From a virus (lineage: Duplodnaviria > Heunggongvirae > Uroviricota > Caudoviricetes): a stretch of 4,234 nucleotides of DNA. Made by a program: the position numbers and the translations under genes. Positions 1 to 4,234 of the stretch are shown here, piece by piece. The stretch lies in IMG/VR virus record IMGVR_UViG_3300028965_000035. One strand, 5' to 3'. Position 1 is the first letter of the stretch. Each line of letters starts with the position of its first letter. The notes under the pieces were generated by a model. That model saw only the letters and a program-made list of their open reading frames with translations, made no database searches and had not been told where the DNA came from.

Positions 1-284
1 TCAGCCGGGGGCAGGCTGCCGGTCACGGCAGCCACCTTTGCGGCCGCGTCGGACGGGGAGACACCAAACACCTTTTCAACCAGTTTCAGGCCGTCACCGG
101 CACCACACTGATTGCAGTACCAGGTGCCGCGCCCCTCCCTGTCATCAAAACGGAAGCGGTCACTCCCGCCACAGACCGGACAGGGCTGATGACGGTTTTT
201 CAGCACCTGAATCCCCAGCGCCGGGAGAATACGCGGCCAGTGGCCGAGCGCATGGCTGACGGTGGCGGTTACGTTCATTTTCAT
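1..284 (-). CDS. alpha: N-terminal ~94 codons of P4-type alpha primase/helicase; gene continues beyond the window start
   Basis: Minus-strand ATG at 284-282, GAAGGAG Shine-Dalgarno (complement of 294-300) about 10 nt upstream. Open frame to the window edge translates MKMNVTATVSHALGHWPRILPALGIQVLKNRHQPCPVCGGSDRFRFDDREGRGTWYCNQCGAGDG..., i.e. a CxxC...CxxC zinc-ribbon typical of primase N-termini. Position downstream of orf106 matches P4 order. Confidence 0.8.
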   Translation of the reverse strand, partial: MKMNVTATVSHALGHWPRILPALGIQVLKNRHQPCPVCGGSDRFRFDDREGRGTWYCNQCGAGDGLKLVEKVFGVSPSDAAAKVAAVTGSLPPA

Positions 285-298
285 GGTGTTGTTCTCCT

Positions 299-619
299 TC
301 AGTGCAGTACCGGCGCTTTTATGTGACGGGCACAGAGTTCATCCATCACAACCAGCCCGAGAAAGGACAGCGACGGCGCGGCCTTCAGGGGGCCGGATTC
401 CATTAAATCTTCCAGCAGGGCACAGGCTATCTGACGCCCTTTTTCCTCACCGTGCTGGCGCAGATAAAAGCCTTCCAGCTCAGCGGCGATGGCCGCTTCC
501 AGTGACTCAAGGGTGAGATGCGGGTAGCGGTGCTGACGTTCGCACACGGTCAGCCAGGCACAGGCGACAGCGCGACGGTAAAGGGCAGCGCGTAAGACGG
601 GCGGTAAGGGTGTTTTCAT
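299..619 (-). CDS. Hypothetical protein, 106 aa (P4 orf106 equivalent), function unknown
   Basis: Complete ORF in the track. ATG at 619-617 preceded by GGGAGG (complement of 627-632) with 7-nt spacer. TGA stop at 301-299 lies inside the alpha Shine-Dalgarno region. Length and position match P4 orf106. Confidence 0.75.
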
Positions 620-700
620 TTGTTTTCCTCCCTGTGACAGATGACTGCATTCCGTGCCGGTTGCATTAACTGATAAGGCATATCTGCGTCTCCTGAAGAC

Positions 701-726
701 GTGCGTATCCCTGCGCGAATACGCAC
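701..726. other. Intergenic stem-loop between orf151 and orf106 (8-bp stem GTGCGTAT/ATACGCAC, 10-nt loop)
   Basis: Perfect inverted repeat 701-708 / 719-726. On the + strand it is followed by T-rich sequence (727-750), so it looks like an intrinsic terminator for antisense transcription. On the - strand it sits 29 nt after the orf151 stop with no U-run. Confidence 0.4.
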
Positions 727-754
727 ATTTAATTTTTCGGGTGTCGTTTTTTAA

Positions 755-1210
755 TTACAGATAATTGCGGTAACTGTTATCCGGGGTGATTTCCGGGTCA
801 GGCTCCGTGCGGGGAATTTCCCGCCATTCCCGCGCCACCGGTGCCGCCCGGCTGGCCGGAACAGTGTCCTGCGGGTAAATATCCAGATATTTCTCCCGCC
901 ATTTCTGTAATTCCGGGTCTCCGGCCATTTCTTTCAGTACCGCATGCCGGTTTACGGGGCTGCGTTTAAACAGGTCAGGACGGTCACAGGTAAATTCCCG
1001 CAGAAAACGCCCCAGCGGGATGTCTGTGGTGCGCCCGTCAGCGAGGATACGCACAAGGATACTGAATTTACGGCGGTACGGGTTCCAGACAATGTCCGGG
1101 CAGCGGTACGGCATTTCCCACGGAATACCGTCTTCCAGAATGCCGACCACGGCCACATCGGGAAAACCGGCAGAACGGTAAATCTCACCGGGCTGGGGAA
1201 AATCAAACAT
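755..1210 (-). CDS. Hypothetical protein, 151 aa (P4 orf151 equivalent), function unknown
   Basis: Complete ORF in the track. ATG at 1210-1208 overlaps the end of the upstream epsilon frame (ATGTTTGA, 8-nt overlap). TAA stop at 757-755. Length and position match P4 orf151. Confidence 0.75.
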   Translation of the reverse strand: MFDFPQPGEIYRSAGFPDVAVVGILEDGIPWEMPYRCPDIVWNPYRRKFSILVRILADGRTTDIPLGRFLREFTCDRPDLFKRSPVNRHAVLKEMAGDPELQKWREKYLDIYPQDTVPASRAAPVAREWREIPRTEPDPEITPDNSYRNYL

Positions 1211-1490
1211 GCGTCCTGTCTCCCCGGTCTTTCTGCTGGGCGAGAAAATCGCGGCACAGGCCTTTGGCTTTCAGCTCATTCAGCACAAAATCAATATCTT
1301 CATTCAGGTAGCTGAAAATATGCGGAATGTAGAGCTGATGCAGGCCGGAGAGTTCACGGTGAATCAAATCACCCCCAACAAACCGGGATACGGCGCTGGC
1401 GCGGTTGAGCTTATGGTAAGCCTCAATGCTGAGGTGTTCACGGGCGTCATGACGCGCTGAGACGGTCTGAGGGGTTTTTTTATTACGCAC
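1203..1490 (-). CDS. epsilon: Epsilon-like helper-prophage derepression protein, 95 aa if started at the GTG
   Basis: The track shows a 175-aa frame (1203-1730) whose upstream part overlaps kil in another frame. The only start with a ribosome-binding site is GTG at 1490-1488, preceded by GGAGGTG (complement of 1495-1501) with a 4-6 nt spacer. It lies 2 nt past the kil TAA stop (1485-1483). Product ends ...DRGDRTHV. Assignment is by position and size; the start codon is inferred. Confidence 0.55.
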   Translation of the reverse strand: MRNKKTPQTVSARHDAREHLSIEAYHKLNRASAVSRFVGGDLIHRELSGLHQLYIPHIFSYLNEDIDFVLNELKAKGLCRDFLAQQKDRGDRTHV

Positions 1491-1680
1491 GGGACACCTC
1501 CACCACCGGCAGACGGGCAGCAAGGGAGAGCACATAGTCACGGACAAGGGAACGGCGGGCACTGCGTTCATCACCGGCGACGGTGCGAAGCATGCAGATA
1601 CGGGGATGACGGTCTGCGCGACGGACAGCCGCAAACACAAAGACAAATTCAGGGTGTGAAGGGGTAAGGGTTGTAGCCAT
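1483..1680 (-). CDS. kil: Kil, 65 aa; an in-frame internal ATG at 1593-1591 would give a nested 36-aa product (eta-like)
   Basis: ATG at 1680-1678 preceded by AAGGAG (complement of 1689-1694) with 8-nt spacer. This is residue 147 of the 211-aa track ORF 1483-2118, whose upstream part covers the CI RNA/seqA leader and is therefore not coding. Product [65 protein letters not shown]. Confidence 0.6.
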   Translation of the reverse strand: MATTLTPSHPEFVFVFAAVRRADRHPRICMLRTVAGDERSARRSLVRDYVLSLAARLPVVEVSRA

Positions 1681-1686
1681 AAGGCA

Positions 1687-1699
1687 GTCTCCTTCGAGT
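1687..1699 (-). promoter_or_regulatory. seqC-like target of the CI RNA loop, overlapping the kil ribosome-binding site
   Basis: + strand GTCTCCTTCGAGT (1687-1699) matches 12 of 13 positions of GTCGCCTTCGAGT at 1946-1958. Its transcript ACUCGAAGGAGAC is complementary to the loop AUUCUUCGAG in the 1746-1810 RNA (about 9 bp including one G-U). Confidence 0.55.
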
Positions 1700-1745
1700 A
1701 GCAAATAACTGCTATCGCCGGAGTTCTCACGCTCGATGGCGATAG

Positions 1746-1810
1746 CCCAGACGGGGGTGAGAATACCGGCCTCGAAGAATACCGGCCAGCCCGGAGGCTG
1801 CCCCGCCTGA
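1746..1810 (-). ncRNA. cI: CI-type immunity RNA (antisense regulator carrying seqB in a hairpin loop); ends approximate
   Basis: Minus-strand transcript folds into an outer stem (GGCGGGG 1807-1801 with CCCCGUC 1756-1750) enclosing two hairpins: CAGCC-UCCG-GGCUG, and a CCGG/CCGG stem with 10-nt loop AUUCUUCGAG. The complement of that loop, CTCGAAG (1771-1777), occurs only here in the window. Flanked by the direct repeat GAATACCGGCC (1761-1771, 1777-1787). Confidence 0.5.
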
Positions 1811-1919
1811 GCTACCATTGACTCAGTGGCATAACATGCGATTGCGAACAGGATCATACCTGCACGGCAAACCACACGCCACACCATAATCTGGCGCTCT
1901 GTGGCGTTGATTGCGACAC

Positions 1920-1941
1920 AAAAAAAGACGCATGGCGCGTC
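1920..1941 (-). terminator. Terminator-like hairpin plus U7 in the PLE leader, immediately downstream of seqA
   Basis: Minus-strand RNA GACGC-GCCAU-GCGUC (5-bp GC-rich stem, 1941-1927) followed directly by UUUUUUU (1926-1920). The stem is short, so this is more likely a weak or conditional terminator than a constitutive one. Confidence 0.4.
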
Positions 1942-1945
1942 ATAT

Positions 1946-1958
1946 GTCGCCTTCGAGT
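1946..1958 (-). promoter_or_regulatory. seqA-like target of the CI RNA loop in the 5' leader
   Basis: GTCGCCTTCGAGT, direct repeat of the seqC box, about 40-50 nt downstream of the predicted PLE start; complementary to the seqB loop (about 8 bp). Confidence 0.5.
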
Positions 1959-1996
1959 TACACGGGTTCTCACGCCCGGCTGCCGATTTTGCGGCA

Positions 1997-2034
1997 GCGG
2001 AAAAACTATATCCGCAAATGCCGGAAAAAGGCAA
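1997..2034 (-). promoter_or_regulatory. PLE-like constitutive sigma70 promoter of the leftward operon
   Basis: Minus strand -35 TTGCCT (complement of 2029-2034), 18-bp spacer, -10 TATAGT (complement of 2005-2010). Predicted start near 1997, between the vis stop and seqA. Confidence 0.5.
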
Positions 2035-2069
2035 GCCAGAAAAAGGGAGTTTTTGCAGAGCGGGCATCA

Positions 2070-2336
2070 TCATGCGTCGTACCCCCGTTTGCGTCCGGCA
2101 ATGCGCCCGGTCATCCATGCGGTGATTTCAGAGTGCAGCCAGGCCACATTTTTACCGCCAAGACTCACCTGCGGCGGAAATTCCCCCTTACGGATGAGTT
2201 CATAGATGGTCGAGCGTGACAGGCCGCACAGGTGCATCACTTCCGGCAGACGTAAAAAACGCTCCTGCGTGATGTCCGGCAGCGGCATCAGTGGCGTCAC
2301 TGGGGCGGGAGACGGGGAAGAAAAAACAGCTTGCAT
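2070..2336 (-). CDS. vis: Vis, AlpA/excisionase-family helix-turn-helix regulator, 88 aa
   Basis: Complete ORF. ATG at 2336-2334 preceded by GAGGT (complement of 2344-2348) with 7-nt spacer. Product contains [27 protein letters not shown], a typical AlpA/Xis-type HTH. First gene downstream of the PLL-like promoter. Confidence 0.8.
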   Translation of the reverse strand: MQAVFSSPSPAPVTPLMPLPDITQERFLRLPEVMHLCGLSRSTIYELIRKGEFPPQVSLGGKNVAWLHSEITAWMTGRIAGRKRGYDA

Positions 2337-2384
2337 CGGGCTACCTCGTTAATGTCCATACAGCACCGGATAAGTCCGTCCGGC

Positions 2385-2456
2385 TTCGGGTAGCGCTTTA
2401 TTTTGTGAATATTTTCGGCAGACGCAACAGGGGGGATTTGTTCAGGCAGCCTTACA
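2385..2456 (-). promoter_or_regulatory. PLL-like late promoter with Delta/Ogr-type activator dyad TGT-N12-ACA
   Basis: Dyad TGTTCAGGCAGCCTTACA at 2439-2456 (centre 2447.5). Weak AT-rich -10 candidate around 2399-2407 on the minus strand, predicted start near 2390, reading into vis. Confidence 0.5.
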
Positions 2457-2520
2457 ATGGCTGTGTGTTTTTTATCCATCCGGACTGGAAGGGTCTCAAA
2501 GGGTTCTGAAGGACCTGGAA

Positions 2521-2740
2521 TTTTTTATAGTGAAATACAAATTGTTTTTTCTTATTTATTTCAGTGAATTAATAAAAATAAAAAGTAATAAACAGCACAA
2601 AAAGTCCATGAACGGGTGAACAGTGGTGAACAGACGGTGAACAGTCATTACTGCGATTGTTCACCCTTTAACTTACTGTATTACTTATCTTTTTTATTAA
2701 GGTGAACAGAGGTGAACAGTAAAACATAAAAAAAAACAGT
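2521..2740. other. Replication origin region: AT-rich tract with six copies of the octamer TGTTCACC (alpha-binding iteron type)
   Basis: Complement-strand copies GGTGAACA at 2615-2622, 2625-2632, 2636-2643, 2701-2708, 2711-2718 (each as GGTGAACAG); one opposite-orientation copy TGTTCACC at 2658-2665. Flanked by AT-rich DNA (2521-2600, 2666-2700) and an A9 run at 2728-2736. Confidence 0.7.
2615..2719. repeat. Iteron cluster (GGTGAACAG, five direct copies plus one inverted copy)
   Basis: Exact 8-9 bp repeats at about 10-11 bp (one helical turn) spacing in two blocks, separated by an inverted copy. Confidence 0.8.
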
Positions 2741-2795
2741 AAGCAGGTTTTTCCTGCGACCTTTTCCTGGCTTGCCGGTCTGAGGATGAGTCTCC

Positions 2796-2860
2796 TGTGT
2801 CAGGGCTGGCACATCTGCAATGCGTCGTGTTGTTGTCCGGTGTACGTCACAATTTTCTTA
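2796..2860 (+). promoter_or_regulatory. Psid-like late promoter with Delta/Ogr-type activator dyad TGT-N12-ACA
   Basis: Dyad TGTGTCAGGGCTGGCACA at 2796-2813 (centre 2804.5). Weak -10 candidate CACAAT at 2848-2853, predicted start near 2860, leader of about 25 nt to the sid ATG. Confidence 0.5.
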
Positions 2861-2885
2861 ACCTGAAGTGACGAGGAGCCGGAAA

Positions 2886-3620
2886 ATGTCTGACAACACC
2901 ATCCCTGAATATCTGCAACCCGCGCTGGCACAACTGGAAAAGGCCAGAGCCGCCCATCTTGAGAACGCCCGCCTGATGGATGAGACCGTCACGGCCATTG
3001 AACGGGCAGAGCAGGAAAAAAATGCGCTGGCGCAGGCCGACGGAAACGACGCTGACGACTGGCGCACGGCCTTTCGTGCAGCCGGTGGTGTCCTGAGCGA
3101 CGAGCTGAAACAGCGCCACATTGAGCGCGTGGCACGCCGGGAGCTGGTACAGGAATATGACAATCTGGCCGTGGTGCTGAATTTCGAACGTGAACGCCTG
3201 AAAGGGGCGTGTGACAGCACGGCCACCGCCTACCGGAAGGCACATCATCACCTTCTGAGTCTGTATGCAGAGCATGAGCTGGAACACGCCCTGAATGAAA
3301 CCTGTGAGGCGCTTGTCCGGGCAATGCATCTGAGTATCCTGGTACAGGAAAATCCGCTCGCCAACACCACCGGCCATCAGGGCTACGTCGCACCCGATAA
3401 GGCTGTCATGCAGCAGGTGAAATCATCGCTGGAACAGAAAATTAAACAGATGCAAATCAGCCTCACCGGCGAGCCGGTTCTCCGGCTGGCCGGACTGTCA
3501 GCGGCAACACTCCCGCACATGGATTATGAGGTGGCAGGCACACCGGCACAGCGCAAGGTGTGGCAGGACAAAATAGACCAGCAGGGAGCAGAGCTTAAGG
3601 CCAGAGGACTGCTGTCATGA
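2886..3620 (+). CDS. sid: Sid, external scaffold that redirects helper capsid assembly to the small size, 244 aa
   Basis: ATG at 2886 preceded by GAGGAG (2873-2878) with 7-nt spacer. The track's 2868 start is an in-frame GTG without a ribosome-binding site. TGA stop at 3618-3620 overlaps the delta ATG. Assigned by size and position directly before delta. Confidence 0.85.
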   Translation: MSDNTIPEYLQPALAQLEKARAAHLENARLMDETVTAIERAEQEKNALAQADGNDADDWRTAFRAAGGVLSDELKQRHIERVARRELVQEYDNLAVVLNFERERLKGACDSTATAYRKAHHHLLSLYAEHELEHALNETCEALVRAMHLSILVQENPLANTTGHQGYVAPDKAVMQQVKSSLEQKIKQMQISLTGEPVLRLAGLSAATLPHMDYEVAGTPAQRKVWQDKIDQQGAELKARGLLS

Positions 3621-4117
3621 TTTACTGCCCGTCGTGTGGACATGTTGCTCACACCCGTCGCGCACATTTCATGGACGATGGCACCAAGATAATGATTGCA
3701 CAGTGCCGGAATATTTATTGCTCTGCGACATTTGAAGCGAGTGAAAGCTTTTTCTCTGACAGTAAAGATTCAGGAATGGAATACATTTCAGGCAAACAGA
3801 GATACCGCGATTCACTGACGTCGGCCTCCGGCAGTATGAAACGCCCGAAAAGAATGCTTGTTACCGGATATTGTTGTCGGAGATGTAAAGGCCTTGCGCT
3901 GTCAAGAACATCGCGGCGTCTGTCTCAGGAAGTCACCGAGCGTTTTTATGTGTGCACGGATCCGGGCTGTGGTCTGGTGTTTAAAACGCTTCAGACCATC
4001 ACCCGCTTCATTGTCCGCCCGGTCACGCCGGACGAACTGGCAGAACGCCTGCATGAAAAACAGGAACTGCCGCCAGTACGGTTAAAAACACAATCATATT
4101 CGCTGCGTCTGGAATGA
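3617..4117 (+). CDS. delta: Delta, late-gene transcriptional activator made of two Ogr-like zinc-finger modules, 166 aa
   Basis: ATG at 3617 overlaps the sid stop (ATGA); GAGGA at 3604-3608. N-terminal module MIYCPSCGH...CRNIYCSATF and second module CCRRCKG...CTDPGCGLVF each have CxxC...Cx4C spacing like Ogr-family activators. Confidence 0.85.
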   Translation: MIYCPSCGHVAHTRRAHFMDDGTKIMIAQCRNIYCSATFEASESFFSDSKDSGMEYISGKQRYRDSLTSASGSMKRPKRMLVTGYCCRRCKGLALSRTSRRLSQEVTERFYVCTDPGCGLVFKTLQTITRFIVRPVTPDELAERLHEKQELPPVRLKTQSYSLRLE

Positions 4118-4178
4118 GGGCTGCCGGTTAACCCCGGCCGTTGCGTATTACCGTGAAGGAGATCGGTGAGTAACATCG

Positions 4179-4234
4179 ATGGAGATCGGTTCGTGTCACT
4201 TTCACAGAACCGTTTTTAAATTACCTTCACTGAT
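4179..4234 (+). CDS. 5' end of the next late-operon ORF (psu position in P4), truncated by the window end; product not assignable from 18 codons
   Basis: Only frame open to the window end after delta. First ATG at 4179 (MEIGSCHFHRTVFKLPSL...). The nearest strong Shine-Dalgarno, AAGGAGA at 4156-4162, is 16 nt upstream, which is too far for a good site. Identity uncertain. Confidence 0.3.
   Translation, partial: MEIGSCHFHRTVFKLPSL

Noticed and set aside
38-516. Plus-strand ORFs 38-259 and 262-516
   Set aside because: Antisense to the alpha N-terminus and orf106; no ribosome-binding sites; typical shadow ORFs of GC-rich coding DNA.
1445-1456. Perfect 12-bp palindrome GCGTCATGACGC inside epsilon
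   Set aside because: About one such palindrome is expected by chance in 4.2 kb; it lies within coding sequence with no associated motif.
944-1460. ORFs 944-1315 (+), 952-1257 (-) and 1209-1460 (+)
   Set aside because: Overlap orf151/epsilon on the opposite strand or in an alternative frame; no start context.
1475-1481. A7 homopolymer at the 5' end of epsilon as a slippage or phase-variation site
   Set aside because: The run is short, encodes Lys-Lys, and there is no evidence of an alternative frame continuing productively.
1203-1730. 175-aa minus-strand ORF from the track as a single protein
   Set aside because: The upstream part overlaps kil in another frame and has no ribosome-binding site; the supported start is the GTG at 1490 (epsilon).
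1805-1830. tRNA gene suggested by the GGUAGCUCAG-like motif on the minus strand
   Set aside because: Only a D-arm-like fragment; no full cloverleaf or anticodon arm could be built. It fits better as the 5' flank or processing context of the CI-type RNA.
1483-2118. 211-aa minus-strand ORF from the track
   Set aside because: Its upstream two thirds run through the PLE promoter, seqA, the terminator-like hairpin and the CI RNA. Only the last 65 codons (kil, from ATG 1680) have a ribosome-binding site.
1901-2509. ORFs 1901-2125 (+), 1911-2219 (+), 2291-2509 (+) and 2297-2479 (-)
   Set aside because: Lie across the PLE/vis/PLL regulatory region, antisense or out of frame with vis; no ribosome-binding sites.
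2615-2719. CRISPR array as an explanation for the GGTGAACAG repeats
   Set aside because: Repeat unit is only 8-9 bp with 1-2 bp gaps and one inverted copy; that is iteron architecture, not 28-37 bp repeats separated by spacers.
2868-2885. Upstream in-frame start for sid at 2868 (the track's 250-aa version)
   Set aside because: Codon 2868-2870 is GTG with no ribosome-binding site, whereas ATG 2886 has GAGGAG at ideal spacing.
2847-3393. Minus-strand ORFs 2847-3377, 2858-3226 and 2989-3393 inside sid
   Set aside because: Antisense shadow ORFs within a well-supported sid frame.
4123-4138. Intrinsic terminator after delta
   Set aside because: The stem is only 5 bp and no U-run follows; read-through into the next late gene is expected.
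3858-4176. ORFs 3858-4085 (+) and 3991-4176 (-) inside or after delta
   Set aside because: Alternative-frame or antisense ORFs within delta; no independent support.
1-4234. A novel defence or otherwise undescribed system in this window
   Set aside because: Every substantial ORF and repeat is accounted for by the P4-type satellite layout; only orf106, orf151 and the truncated ORF at 4179 remain functionally open, and none shows defence-system hallmarks in sequence.

Overview
The window reads as the central regulatory and replication core of a P4-type satellite phage (enterobacterial P4 or a very close relative), not as an undescribed system. Gene order, protein lengths and signature motifs all fit P4. 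Leftward (- strand) operon: PLL -> vis -> PLE -> seqA -> CI RNA (seqB) -> seqC -> kil -> epsilon -> orf151 -> orf106 -> start of alpha (primase). Centre: an AT-rich replication origin carrying six copies of the TGTTCACC iteron. Rightward (+ strand) late operon: Psid -> sid -> delta -> start of the next ORF. Both late promoters carry a TGT-N12-ACA dyad of the Ogr/Delta type about 55 bp upstream of the inferred start sites. All identifications rest on reading the sequence and on recalled P4 biology; no database search was possible, so exact identity to P4 is unverified. The least characterised pieces are orf106, orf151, two hairpins (701-726 and 1920-1941) and the truncated ORF at 4179.
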